DNA of 64,000 bases, from the IMG/VR virus record IMGVR_UViG_3300023184_006193, positions 14,834-78,833 of that record. One strand, written 5' to 3'. The notes beneath the pieces were generated by a model. That model saw nothing but the letters and a program-made list of their open reading frames with translations. It made no database searches and was not told where the DNA came from. This document shows, one piece after another, positions 10,901-20,076 of this stretch. Every line of letters starts with the position of its first letter. Positions within the stretch are counted from its first letter, which is position 1. The stretch comes from a virus. The position numbers and the translations under genes are program-made.

Positions 10901-11685
10901 GAGTAAATGATCAAAATAGAAGGAAACTTTTTGATTATTTAGTTGGTGGAATAGATTTATATGAACAAAATAAACAATCAATTTTAGATACAATACAAAG
11001 AAATAAAGAAGAAAATGCTAGAATAAATCAATTAAATCAACAGCAACAAGACGCTTATAACAATCAATTAAAAATGGGAACCTATGGAACATTAGCTATG
11101 GCGGGATTAGGATTTGGAGCTTCAGCTTTAAGTAATTATGGCGCACCAGCTTTGAAAAGTTTATTTGGTGGTTCATCAAAAACTAAAGTAGGAGGACAAC
11201 AAGCGACAGCAGTTGGAGATTTTGGAAAAGGATATGGATATAAATATGCAACATACGTAAAAAATGGTGGGTTTATAGGATATGCTAATGGTGGATACAG
11301 CAATAGAGATGATGTTCCAGCGATGTTAATGGGCGGAGAATACGTAATGAAGAAAGATTCAGTAAATACATATGGAAGAGGATTTTTTGATAAGTTAAAT
11401 TCTGGAAAAATTAAAAAATTTGCAGATGGTGGAATGGTAGGTGATAATTTAACAGATATAAATAATAAAAAAACTTCAGAAAATAACTTAGAAAATAATA
11501 TAAATATAACTGTAAACGTTAACGGATCAGATTCAAATGTACAAATGAATTCTGAAAATTCAGCAATGAGTTCAGCAGAAGGTCAAGCAAAAGCTATTAA
11601 ATTTGCAGATCAATTAAAAGCAGAAATTATAAAAGTTATAGTTCAACAGCAAAGACCTGGCGGTTTACTAACTAAATCAAAATAA
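4915..11685 (+). CDS. Tail tape measure protein (TP901-type core)
   Basis: 2256 aa, Ala/Gly-rich. N-terminal core has AEAATELARQG and GAVIGNSLKTIFTR. Hydrophobic Gly-rich segments and two DDVPAML..GEYV motifs typical of tape measure C-termini. Confidence 0.95.
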   Translation: MARTSATISVGADTRQLEKDIQSALSRDFKFKGFNEKAFTQPLGRITGASNEFQKSLDASNARVIAFGASAGSIFAVEKAFVSLIKSTIDVEKSLTDINIILNTTSKGLEKFGADLFTVAKDTGQSFQSVAEAATELARQGLGVEETLKRTRDALILTRLSGLDTVSSVEALTATLNSFNQTALDSTTIINKLANVDAAFAVSSADLANAIQRVGSSAQDAGVGFDELLAIVTSVQQTTARGGAVIGNSLKTIFTRVARPEVLDQLQNLGLEVRNLDGSTRPAIDILKQLSSTFDTLSDSQRSQVAESVGGVFQINILKAALGDLGKEYSVYNNALNTSRGATDQAIKRNEALNETLSALTSRTLTNFTQLGAKIGAGAFQPAIEGTLKNVNNILEGLANQDSESVGAKIGAGILGGLSTFISGPGLLLITAVIGKLFLDLSKFAATSAKTLLGIGKQATDRAAIEGKISSILAQEPQLLSAIASKQITVLDTENRILQILREQNAVREQAAALSRSITSGLIGKGVSTKSGQITTKSDGFIPNFVMQEIYGALAGGYKPGNIKEMNIPGVGKTIYNSAETVKRMPGFSQPAIMPPEGSRAGKNYKQSFSDKHGFNPYASSGLIPNFAKTFYDIKDQNGKITSYNNYQIPKLIANGVISEKAARDANWKPEKELSAQKKAAKQKEYDSGFYDTKGRLGVVSVSAGVENATASTSVGNLKAFSGAVKKNPELANKKITFSNIQVRSLEGNLEKRPSEFTNLVNEALLDPIASLTHKYLGTVLRDEEASPAALNDVRASLKGKKLIPSTAEGSIFEAAVALATKTPKQFIRSIDDEDNRPFDFEEAGPATGNFKKRFKFGEQLQKADAKLTGSPGAIASIIKKAYNSNFDPSLPYSEYLSGGFIPNFANALNDAINREKKAGVNPNSIRIGRSNSLISNMNPSGLGVYNTKDEPRGLSQGISRYGSLNGARRAGAAKGLIPNFALYSATQTEAGPEALPASKEANAAFATLAKKVYNGILTFDQANKELTRLAKEFDLIESSTEKVRNTLTRADKSYQRLVVETDALVAASGNLITGSKSLKQLEARAAAGGRGGEIARGGLEAARERRADAASRLQGIGIGASIAVPIVSQIAQEFAPNNKYAKFGTTALSDTAAFAGTGALFGPWGAAIGGLIGATIGLTKAFKELNDRSEEFAKNSRESGNKVARFSEDVQGFLTSREKIAGVEAGAIKATPNELSRLEGQRSAAFNRILSSVSEDIQKELLAGLSGTEAELQSAIQRANDEIASNNFVNQFIQTTNEQLKDGAKNLDLTETLRQLGSIKTTNGEYIGDLISQQSGLLKSFDALTIASEKYYGINDQIAKSIEQTSIAADKATMSIDEFAKNDIFGFNTTSPQVNAGPAGFGTNIKTEFTGTAGNLGGEAKITDINRQMYEADLQKSIQDSGKGLKNFILQLGDSGKLQKDKALELANSIQTILDSNKSLEEKGKALQETFGNLRKSSEIVDETFKKLVDAQLNYINLTTQTMKLFSEDAAQRQQAAKFIQQGDFGNVLKEFLKTNEGTQFLPENILKGTNMAAMQGILGGTADSKRRIELERKFGEVYKKAAQEIADGGVLTDRTLAELQIGIQQTSMEAGMTTKNLVELGSSIGDAATRTEALNIYTEKEAQLKKELGDNIVALNLAASAAADSLRAIAGFKEGTLFADEYKQIQNKAREDRIRSKTNKPSDIFGSFSDEMTYGVQDAFRDLNNTAADTARTMKSEFNNAFQSVIDGTQNVGDAFRTMALNISRRMQQLALEMTTNLAFNSLFSSIGGLPSVFKNPLGRSKGGYIQGFSTGGKVLGGSGTKDDVPAMLSNGEYVIKKSSVNKYGTKFLNQLNGGGVVKKADGGNVSDELIAEYLRNSNKTPASETDPGRVVDAATRDLFAQSINAMLDNKDVSYNQTFSKLLSSNNPSGGEFKSSLGAFYTYNDPNYPTAGEYLIDPLLSQLALTDPNDPQNRVNDQNRRKLFDYLVGGIDLYEQNKQSILDTIQRNKEENARINQLNQQQQDAYNNQLKMGTYGTLAMAGLGFGASALSNYGAPALKSLFGGSSKTKVGGQQATAVGDFGKGYGYKYATYVKNGGFIGYANGGYSNRDDVPAMLMGGEYVMKKDSVNTYGRGFFDKLNSGKIKKFADGGMVGDNLTDINNKKTSENNLENNINITVNVNGSDSNVQMNSENSAMSSAEGQAKAIKFADQLKAEIIKVIVQQQRPGGLLTKSK

Positions 11686-13167
11686 TTAATACAATTTAAT
11701 ATTAAAACTAATATTTCTTTTACCTTGTATTAAGCGATCTTTATTAATTGAATTATTTGTCAAATATTCCTTAGTAGGAGTATTATCGTATTCATAATTT
11801 AATAAAAATGTAACATAATTTTGACCATTTATTTCTTTAAAATACTTTTGCATAAAAATTAAATTAGTTGTATTTGTTTCTATATATATTTCATCTGCAT
11901 TTGAAAATGGAGTAATACATTCTAAATAAATAGAAGTTTTATTTTGATTTTCTATAACATCAATAATTGATATATTGTTTATATTTGTATTATTAAAATA
12001 TAATAAATCAGATTTTAAGTCTTTATATATTAAATTATCATTCTTATTTAAGTAATAGCCAAGTAAATTATCTGGAATCATTGAGTCCATCGTATCTTCA
12101 TCTATTGGTATTGCGTCTGGTACAGATACTTCATTTTCTATTGAAAGAGTATAATCTTGGGTATCTTTATTTGATTTTATAAAATATTTTTTAAATTCTG
12201 TATTTAATAGAGATATATTAGTTTCTGGCCAACTTAATTTTTGATAACTTTCATTATTTAATAAATAAAGAACTCCTTGATATAAGCCAACTATTTGATT
12301 ACTAGAATTTTCTTTAAATATTAAACCTGGTTTATATAGTTGATTAGTAAAATTTTCTATTAAAAAATCATTAAATTCTAAATTAGTCATTTTTGTTTTA
12401 AAAAAATTAACAAAATCTATTTGCTCTTTTGTGAAGTAAAAAATTTCTATTTCTATTATTTCTTCATCTAGAATTAAATCATTGATTGGTAATGTTAGAA
12501 TTTTAATATTTTGATTATTATCTAACCATTTTTCATCTATATTGGATATAAAAATTTGTTCTAATTTAATTTTTTGATTATTTTTATATTTATAAGGAAT
12601 AACATAAAATCCATTTATATTATTTTCTATAATTTTTTCACTATTTAATATTAATTTAATACCAAAATTATCTAAACTTTTTAGTATATCTGTAAACATA
12701 TTTTTAACAACTGATTGATCTAAATTTAAATTAGAATATTCTACTTCAATTTCATTTATAAAGTCTTTACATTCAATTATAAATTTTAATTTTTTAAAAA
12801 ATCCTTTGATATTATTTTTTTCTAAAAAATCAGAGTAATTTTTTTCTAGATTATATATATATTTTTGTTTTGCAACTTTTTTGTCTGATGTAAAAGTTTT
12901 CCATTGTCTTGGAGGAGAAGATATCATTTCTAAAGGTATATCCCCTTCCATCGAATCAAAATGAGTTAGCCACAATAAATCTTGAATATTGGCATCTGAA
13001 ATAGATATATTATTTTCTTCTTTTATTAGAATATTTTTTTCATCAAAAATTTTAACATTATAAGTTATTCCATTAAAAATATTAAAAGATTCTTCTAAAA
13101 ATGCTGGTCTAGTAGCATTTAAATCCCATTCTAACTCAATATTTTTTGTTAATATTTTATATTTCAT
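11686..13167 (-). CDS. Hypothetical protein at the end of the tail-tip operon
   Basis: 493 aa, very I/K/N-rich, no recognised motif. Confidence 0.7.
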   Translation of the reverse strand: MKYKILTKNIELEWDLNATRPAFLEESFNIFNGITYNVKIFDEKNILIKEENNISISDANIQDLLWLTHFDSMEGDIPLEMISSPPRQWKTFTSDKKVAKQKYIYNLEKNYSDFLEKNNIKGFFKKLKFIIECKDFINEIEVEYSNLNLDQSVVKNMFTDILKSLDNFGIKLILNSEKIIENNINGFYVIPYKYKNNQKIKLEQIFISNIDEKWLDNNQNIKILTLPINDLILDEEIIEIEIFYFTKEQIDFVNFFKTKMTNLEFNDFLIENFTNQLYKPGLIFKENSSNQIVGLYQGVLYLLNNESYQKLSWPETNISLLNTEFKKYFIKSNKDTQDYTLSIENEVSVPDAIPIDEDTMDSMIPDNLLGYYLNKNDNLIYKDLKSDLLYFNNTNINNISIIDVIENQNKTSIYLECITPFSNADEIYIETNTTNLIFMQKYFKEINGQNYVTFLLNYEYDNTPTKEYLTNNSINKDRLIQGKRNISFNIKLY

Positions 13168-13175
13168 AATAGAAA

Positions 13176-16100
13176 TTAATTCCCTGCATAGCCTCCTACA
13201 ACATTTATGCCTCCAGTTAATACAAACGATGGAGGAGCTTGTTGACTTAATGTAATTGAAGATGTTATTAAATTAGATCTTTCTTCATAAGGGTTTACCG
13301 CTTGTACACCAACATACCATGTTCCTATTCCAGTTGGAGTGAAGAAAAATGGTAAATTACCACTAGACGTAGGTAAGGCAAGACCTTGATTTCTTAATGG
13401 AGAAAGTGGGGCATCAAATAAATCTTGATCTAAAATTTGACCAGCTACAAATGGGCTATTAAACCTTCTGTACATATTATAGAATGATACTACTCCAGAA
13501 TTATTTGGAGGAGTAATAGTATATGCAATAGAATTAATTCCTCCTTGATTTGATGTATATGCTGGAAATGCTCCATTTAATCCATAATTTCCAGTAGTAT
13601 CTCTATATAAAATACTTAAAGTTAAACTAGGATCATTCGGTTGAGGTATTTTAGTTGGAACAGATATTAGAGCTTCACCAGTAACAATATCTGTATATTT
13701 TTGATCCACATATTTAAGAGCAGTTATATTATATGATTCATCTGTTTTTTGATTAATATTCGTTATTCTATAAGACTCTAGATCATTCAAATATCCTTCT
13801 AAGTAGTATCCAGGATATAGTAAATTATTTGGATTATTTATTCCATATCTATTTGATATATTACCAGAATAGAGCGATGGATCATAATCAAATGTCCAAA
13901 CTGTATTTTTTGGTAATGAATATCCACTAGATCTTAACGCTGTTGGAAATGAAAATGCAATATATCCAGTATATTGACCTGTTCCTTGAGATATGTAATT
14001 TTTAGGATTATTAATACTAATATTTTGAATTTGAGATCTTCTAAAAAAATCAGAATTTAATCCAGTTACTCCGCTAGAGGTTTGACTATATCCAGTTATA
14101 TATAAATTACCTAAGTATGTTCCATAATCTAAATTATAACTTGGCGTTAAAAATTTAATATCTAATGGATTAACCGACCCAGTTATTGCTAATAAAGTAT
14201 TAGCATTATATGGTACATCTAAAATTGCATAACCAGTAGTAAGTTCTAAAGTCCTCCCTGCAAAATTTTGATATTTTTGATTTTGATCGTAAATTTTTAT
14301 TATATCACCTGGTCTTAAAAAAGCCCCATCTAGACCAACCTCAAAATCAACAGTTTCTGTTTCTAAATTTTCTGTTGTTAAAAACCATCTTCCCATTCTT
14401 TTTGCTTGGCTTCTTTTTGTAGCCCCGAATGCGCTAATTTCTACTTCTCTAATTCCATATTTTAATAAAGCTGATCTATCTTCTACGTATTCTACAGCTG
14501 GTAAATAATTATTATTTTCATCATTATATCTAACCAACGCAACAGATCTTCTAGCTTTCTTTGCACTGCTTGAATAATTAAATTCTCCGTTTTTAACATT
14601 ACTATTATTAAATAAATAAATTGAATCCTTTGGCCGATCTTGATTTATAAATAATTGTCCAGCTGAATAATATAATATTCCATTAAATACAGAAGCCATA
14701 TCATCTAGCATTTTTGATGCTTCTTGTTTAGACGAAATCAAAACATTACATGTAAATCTTGGCTCTAAACCACCAAAACCATCAGGAACAAGTTGATCAC
14801 AATATTGAGATATTTCATATAATGTCCATTTATCAGTTAAATTCATGTCTATATATCTTCCTAATCCAAAACGATTATTAGTTATTAAATCATACAAACA
14901 CCAAGCGGGATTATCTGTCCAAGCTAATTTAAATTGACCATTCCATGGCCCGCTATAGTTTTTAGTAATTGGATTGTAATTAATCGGAACTTTAACTTTT
15001 AATAACTGCATTTTATATTTTCTATTTGGAATTTCTGTAAAATATTTTGCATTGAAATTATTATAAACCATTGCTGTATTTGGATAAGTGAATTTATTTG
15101 GATATACGAAAGTTATACTATCTACAGTAGTGCTATTGCTTCGTGCAGCTTGACTAAATTCTGAAGTAACTTTATTTAATTCAAATGCCCAACCGATTTG
15201 ATCTGGCATTAGATCTATAAAATATCCATTTTCCGCAGTAGGTCGAAGATGAAAGGTATAATGAATTAGAGTAGGATTATTTTGTATCTTTCCTCTAACA
15301 TAAAATGTATCTGAAGAAAATAATCTTGGATTAGTTGTTGGAACAGTTATATTTGGCACAGCTACTACTTCTTTTCTATCGGAAAAAACTCTCCACAATC
15401 TAACTCCAAATTGAATCTGATCGGGTGATACTGTTCCAGCGTAAGCGCCAGAAATAATGGCGCCAAATAAATTATTAACTATTACATTAATTCTAATAGA
15501 TTCTACTTCTGTATTATAAATATAATATTTTTTAGTTGGAACTAAACCAGAAACTGTTCCGCTATAAAAAAATGGTCCATATAAAGTTTCTCCAATATTT
15601 TTTGTTACAGCTGTTTTTACTGGATATTTATTTCTATCTACAAGATATCCATCATAGTGATATCTATCTTCATAAAGATTTATTCTTGGAGAAGAAACTG
15701 TATGATCATTTGTTGCGCCATAATCATATCTAAAGTTAATAAATCTAAAATTTAATAATCCTTCTGTTGTAGCTAATGGAGTTTCATTCCAAAATACAGA
15801 TCTTGCTTCTGGAGGTACAATAATTGTTGGATCAAGTTGGGAAGAAAATCCTATTCCACCCGTAACAAAAGGACTAAATGAAACGCTAGAATAACCTATA
15901 TCTCCAACATTTTTTCCACTAACACTATAAATATAACTACCAGTTACAAATCCTTCAATTGGTCCTTCTGAAATAATATCTATAATAGATGCATTTTGGA
16001 TTGTATATACTGATATATTTTCCATTCCAGTCGAGAATAATTTATACTGCTCTCTATATGGTACTGAATCTTGTATATCGTAAGCGGTTCTTAATTTAGG

Positions 16101-16496
16101 CGTATTTGCATTATATAATGCTAATTGATCTGCTCCTCCTCGACCAACTCCACCTTCATTTGGATGTCTAGTATCCCAGTGAAACCTAGTGGCTCCAGAG
16201 TAATATATATTAAAAGGATACACAAGAGGTAGTCCAGTTGATTGCCAAAACCAACCAGTTTGATCTAATATTGGGCTTCTTGCTGCAATTATTCCACTCA
16301 TTCCATAAGTTAGAGTTGCTTGCCACATTGGTAGCCCCCACCAATCTATTCCACTAAATAGTAAGGTATGATTACCACCTAAATGATTAGCAGCTAAACT
16401 ATCTGGAAATTCTGGGTTTCCCCAAATAAATCCCATGTTATTGACAAAATCAATTCCATGAAATCCTTCTGACCATTGATTGGGATTGCCTGGCAT
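13176..16496 (-). CDS. Tail tip/host-specificity protein, lambda gpJ-like
   Basis: IIDIISEGPIEG, YPNTA, WNGQFKLAWTDNPAWCLYD, YCDQLVPDGFGGLEPRFTCN, LRPGDIIKI, and an FN3-like C-terminus. Confidence 0.92.
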   Translation of the reverse strand: MPGNPNQWSEGFHGIDFVNNMGFIWGNPEFPDSLAANHLGGNHTLLFSGIDWWGLPMWQATLTYGMSGIIAARSPILDQTGWFWQSTGLPLVYPFNIYYSGATRFHWDTRHPNEGGVGRGGADQLALYNANTPKLRTAYDIQDSVPYREQYKLFSTGMENISVYTIQNASIIDIISEGPIEGFVTGSYIYSVSGKNVGDIGYSSVSFSPFVTGGIGFSSQLDPTIIVPPEARSVFWNETPLATTEGLLNFRFINFRYDYGATNDHTVSSPRINLYEDRYHYDGYLVDRNKYPVKTAVTKNIGETLYGPFFYSGTVSGLVPTKKYYIYNTEVESIRINVIVNNLFGAIISGAYAGTVSPDQIQFGVRLWRVFSDRKEVVAVPNITVPTTNPRLFSSDTFYVRGKIQNNPTLIHYTFHLRPTAENGYFIDLMPDQIGWAFELNKVTSEFSQAARSNSTTVDSITFVYPNKFTYPNTAMVYNNFNAKYFTEIPNRKYKMQLLKVKVPINYNPITKNYSGPWNGQFKLAWTDNPAWCLYDLITNNRFGLGRYIDMNLTDKWTLYEISQYCDQLVPDGFGGLEPRFTCNVLISSKQEASKMLDDMASVFNGILYYSAGQLFINQDRPKDSIYLFNNSNVKNGEFNYSSSAKKARRSVALVRYNDENNNYLPAVEYVEDRSALLKYGIREVEISAFGATKRSQAKRMGRWFLTTENLETETVDFEVGLDGAFLRPGDIIKIYDQNQKYQNFAGRTLELTTGYAILDVPYNANTLLAITGSVNPLDIKFLTPSYNLDYGTYLGNLYITGYSQTSSGVTGLNSDFFRRSQIQNISINNPKNYISQGTGQYTGYIAFSFPTALRSSGYSLPKNTVWTFDYDPSLYSGNISNRYGINNPNNLLYPGYYLEGYLNDLESYRITNINQKTDESYNITALKYVDQKYTDIVTGEALISVPTKIPQPNDPSLTLSILYRDTTGNYGLNGAFPAYTSNQGGINSIAYTITPPNNSGVVSFYNMYRRFNSPFVAGQILDQDLFDAPLSPLRNQGLALPTSSGNLPFFFTPTGIGTWYVGVQAVNPYEERSNLITSSITLSQQAPPSFVLTGGINVVGGYAGN

Positions 16497-16500
16497 AAAA

Positions 16501-17298
16501 TTATACTAGATAGCTACTTGATTGACTTATCAAGTGCAATTGTTCATTGAAATAATTTTGAAATCCATAATAATTATTTTGTAAAAATCTGACATCACTT
16601 TCATTCCATATAACTGATCTTTTATTTGCAACGTAAGTATTTTCATAATAAACATTCGCAGCAACACTACCTACCATTAAAGTACCATATCCTACTGGAA
16701 CAGGTCCACCCTCTCCAACTAAATTAACTGGTCCATTAAAAAGATAGGATTGTGGTCCACCTAATACGCCTTGACCATCTCCAATCGAACCTTGATTTGC
16801 TGTTGTTGCTTGTTGAGCTTGAAATGGAATCTTTGGCGGTGGTTTAGACAATAGTCTAGTAACTCCATCGGCAATTAAAGCTATGCCAGCAACAATTGCA
16901 GCTGGAGCTAAAGCTTTAGGTAAAGGATTCCAACTTTGTCCAGCGGTAGCCCCTGCTGCTACAGAGCCTATTCCACCAATAACTTCAGCATAACCCCACC
17001 AATCGTTCCAACCTGCACCAACAATACTTGGTATTAAATCAATAGATTTTAATTGGTTTTTTTTATATACACAAAACATTTCTGATTCTGGTATTTTTAA
17101 TGGATCATTTGGAATATCTAGTATTTTCTTATTCAAAACAATATGATATTCATAATTTTTATTATCAATAATCCATTTTCTTAATTTTCTAGTATTGGCT
17201 TCTATGGCTCTAAGAGCTTCATTGACGCTAGAGACTTCAAGATTCCATTCTTTTCCAATATCTTCACCTAATTTACCATGTAAAGTTATTTTAACCAT
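16501..17298 (-). CDS. Tail assembly protein, lambda gpI-like
   Basis: ITLHGKLG...V.SVNEALRAI, a hydrophobic middle, and SYLFNGPVN...GGPVPVGYG. Confidence 0.88.
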   Translation of the reverse strand: MVKITLHGKLGEDIGKEWNLEVSSVNEALRAIEANTRKLRKWIIDNKNYEYHIVLNKKILDIPNDPLKIPESEMFCVYKKNQLKSIDLIPSIVGAGWNDWWGYAEVIGGIGSVAAGATAGQSWNPLPKALAPAAIVAGIALIADGVTRLLSKPPPKIPFQAQQATTANQGSIGDGQGVLGGPQSYLFNGPVNLVGEGGPVPVGYGTLMVGSVAANVYYENTYVANKRSVIWNESDVRFLQNNYYGFQNYFNEQLHLISQSSSYLV

Positions 17299-17302
17299 AT
17301 AT

Positions 17303-17632
17303 TTATTTACATTTAAAATAATTAAATTGATCCTGTTTTATATTATATAAAACCATATCTAACATTAAATAATTTGCACAAGATTTATCTAATCCACTAA
17401 ATTCATTATTATCAATAGTGTGACTATGGTAGATATATAATATATTATAGTTGTGTTTAATATTTAAAAAATCTCCTATAGAAATTTTAAAAAAATTATT
17501 TTTTTGTTTGGATATATTTTTAGTTTTAATGCATTTTATTTTTTTATTATCTTTTACTATAAAACCACAGCATTCATTAGGGAAATCTTCTAATGCATGT
17601 CTTTTAATGAAATTTTTAATTGTATTTTTCAT
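17303..17632 (-). CDS. gpK-like JAB/MPN metalloprotease domain protein (no NlpC/P60 domain)
   Basis: HA...PNECCGFI and YHSH...FS..D JAB motif, positioned between the gpL-like and gpI-like genes. Confidence 0.85.
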   Translation of the reverse strand: MKNTIKNFIKRHALEDFPNECCGFIVKDNKKIKCIKTKNISKQKNNFFKISIGDFLNIKHNYNILYIYHSHTIDNNEFSGLDKSCANYLMLDMVLYNIKQDQFNYFKCK

Positions 17633-19479
17633 TATTGAATTTGATCTAATCCAGGAAATCCTCCAAATGGAAGAAATCCATTTAAATATTCTCCAGTAAC
17701 ATCTTCTGGTAAACCATGAGCATAATTATTCCAAGGATCATGAACATCTGGTCTTCTTGGCCAAGAAGCTGGGCTTCCATCTGTTAAAGCGCTTCCAGTT
17801 GCATACCAAGATGGAACAACGAGTCTTCTAAAATCACCTCCTGGTCCAGCAGCTTGATATCCAGTAATTCTATATCTTCTATAAAAGCTCCAATAATCCC
17901 AACCTCCTCTTGACATTGGCCAAACTACTGGTCTAAAATATGGATTTTTTTGCCATCTTAATCTACATGCGTTTATAGTCTTGGAGCATGTATCTGCACC
18001 CCAAAATTTTCTATTTGGTGGATTGTTAAAAACATCTGATGTATGATTCGTTAAACATACAAAGTAATATTTAATTCCATGATTTTGTAAAAATACAAAA
18101 TCTCCAGTTTGATAAAAAGCTCCAGTAACCCAATCTCCACTATCGCCAATTCTAAATTGTCCACTAAAATTTAATTCACTTAACGCGGTTCCTGCGTTAG
18201 AGGTAGTAGATATTAATCTCCAATTGGGCCAAATCCCTCTAGAGGGAAAAGTTATTTTATATGTTCCAGCTGCGCTACCATTTAAATTCCATGCTAATGG
18301 ATATCCACTAATATCAACAACTGGATTCCAAGATGAGGCTATATTGCTATAATATTGAATTTGATAATTATTATTAATTGTAGAAGTAGAACTAAGTGAA
18401 ACTTGAGTTACTTCTGCTTGTATTGGGCCACTTAATTCTATGATTTGTTGAGCTGCATTTGAAGTAACTGCGGTGACAGCAGTATTATCATTATTCAAAG
18501 CGGCTGCGCACTGAGCAGATGTCCCTGCGTTTAATGTATAATTTGTAAATGTCCAATTTGCCCAATTATTATTTCCTGTATGTCTAAAATAATTAAATCC
18601 TGAAAATCTTTGTCTTGATTGAACTCCACTTAAAATTGTATTTAAAAATAACTCATCATTTTCAGTTGCAACTGGAGGAGCTTCTAGCGGAAGTGTTATT
18701 CTTCTATCTGGATTTGAGACGGATCCGTAAACTCCACTATGAATTGGATCTATTCTTTTATTATATTCATATAAACATCCTTCTCCTCTATATTCAAATG
18801 GACATTTATTAGCCAAAAGAGTTCGTCCTGGTAAAGTTAGATTTTCTAAATCTAAAATTGATACCAGGTTATATTGAAGGGTATTTTTATTTTCTAATTC
18901 TTTTCTATCCACATAATAAATATCTCTAGGTAATTCTATTTCTGTTATGGATGGGTCATCTGAATATGGATTATAATTACCAGAAAAATTTAATGGATCT
19001 AAATATTTTAAAAAAGTCCTAATTCTTGTAAATTTTCCACCAATAATATCTCCTAATGATTGGACTTGCATTCTTATATATTTATAAAATGAATTGGTAT
19101 TATTATCTGGCGAATAATTTGTTAAAGTAAGTTGTGGAGTTGGCAATGTTCCTACAGAAACATAATCGAAACCTTCAGCAACCATTGGGAATGGATAGTA
19201 ATAATTATTTTGCCAATATATTTGGCCTTTATCAAATGAACCATTAGTTAAATTAAATAGATTAAAATTATTATGACATCTTAAAATACCATTTTGCATT
19301 GGCTGACCGCTAGTATTAATATATCTTATTTGTGGATATATGTCACTTAAATCTAATTCATATAAATAAATTGGAGTCGTTGGAGTTATGCTACTTAATT
19401 CTGTATTTAAAGAATTAGATCCACTTGTGATTGTATTAAAAACTTGAATCGCAGGAGATGATCTTGTTGGAAGTGGCAT
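17632..19479 (-). CDS. Minor tail protein, lambda gpL-like, with a large insertion
   Basis: IYLYELDLS, RIRTFLKYLD..NF, CPFEYRGEGC, DTCSKTINAC, LPFGGFPG (four-Cys Fe-S motif of gpL). Confidence 0.88.
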   Translation of the reverse strand: MPLPTRSSPAIQVFNTITSGSNSLNTELSSITPTTPIYLYELDLSDIYPQIRYINTSGQPMQNGILRCHNNFNLFNLTNGSFDKGQIYWQNNYYYPFPMVAEGFDYVSVGTLPTPQLTLTNYSPDNNTNSFYKYIRMQVQSLGDIIGGKFTRIRTFLKYLDPLNFSGNYNPYSDDPSITEIELPRDIYYVDRKELENKNTLQYNLVSILDLENLTLPGRTLLANKCPFEYRGEGCLYEYNKRIDPIHSGVYGSVSNPDRRITLPLEAPPVATENDELFLNTILSGVQSRQRFSGFNYFRHTGNNNWANWTFTNYTLNAGTSAQCAAALNNDNTAVTAVTSNAAQQIIELSGPIQAEVTQVSLSSTSTINNNYQIQYYSNIASSWNPVVDISGYPLAWNLNGSAAGTYKITFPSRGIWPNWRLISTTSNAGTALSELNFSGQFRIGDSGDWVTGAFYQTGDFVFLQNHGIKYYFVCLTNHTSDVFNNPPNRKFWGADTCSKTINACRLRWQKNPYFRPVVWPMSRGGWDYWSFYRRYRITGYQAAGPGGDFRRLVVPSWYATGSALTDGSPASWPRRPDVHDPWNNYAHGLPEDVTGEYLNGFLPFGGFPGLDQIQ

Positions 19480-19480
19480 A

Positions 19481-20023
19481 TTATACTGGAACCTCTTGTA
19501 ATTTAATTTTTATTGTATAATTATTATAAGAATTATAATTTACTGTCCAGGATGGGGCTGTAAATCTTGTATTAAAATTTGTTTTACTGTAAATCGTTGG
19601 AACATTGTAAACAAATGAAGTTTGCGCGTTCATTTGATTTAAAAAATGCAATATAGAGATTGCTTCTGGTTCTTTTCTGTTTTCAAAATTAGCGTCAAAA
19701 CCTACTAAGTTTGTATTTATTCCATCTGGTACTCTTTGTTGGTATCCATTACCAAATGTCATTATTTTTACTCTTGGCTCGAGAGATATTGATGTTTGGT
19801 AAGATGGTTTCCAGAAGAAATTCGGAACTAAAGTATTATTAATACTTATATATCCATCCCATTCTACTTGAAGATTGGCTGTCGAGGTTGGGTTGTTTGC
19901 TACTCCAATATTATTATTTATAACAGAATAATAATATCTACCATTAGATCCAGAAACTATATTATATTTAATATAATTAACTGTACTAGACCAGCCAGAA
20001 ACTGTATCGTATATACTTGCCAT
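19481..20023 (-). CDS. Minor tail protein, lambda gpM-like (distal tail)
   Basis: FFWKPSY...PRVKIMTFGNGYQQRVPDGIN, the gpM signature. Confidence 0.88.
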   Translation of the reverse strand: MASIYDTVSGWSSTVNYIKYNIVSGSNGRYYYSVINNNIGVANNPTSTANLQVEWDGYISINNTLVPNFFWKPSYQTSISLEPRVKIMTFGNGYQQRVPDGINTNLVGFDANFENRKEPEAISILHFLNQMNAQTSFVYNVPTIYSKTNFNTRFTAPSWTVNYNSYNNYTIKIKLQEVPV

Positions 20024-20040
20024 AACCTTATACCTTTTAA

Positions 20041-20071
20041 ATAATTACACTTGTTTTAATGGTGTAATTAT
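20041..20071. promoter_or_regulatory. Divergent pair of GTGTAA motifs forming a perfect 10-bp inverted repeat
   Basis: ATAATTACAC-N11-GTGTAATTAT between the divergent gpM-like gene and the tube-like gene. Confidence 0.65.
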
Positions 20072-20076
20072 ATTAA

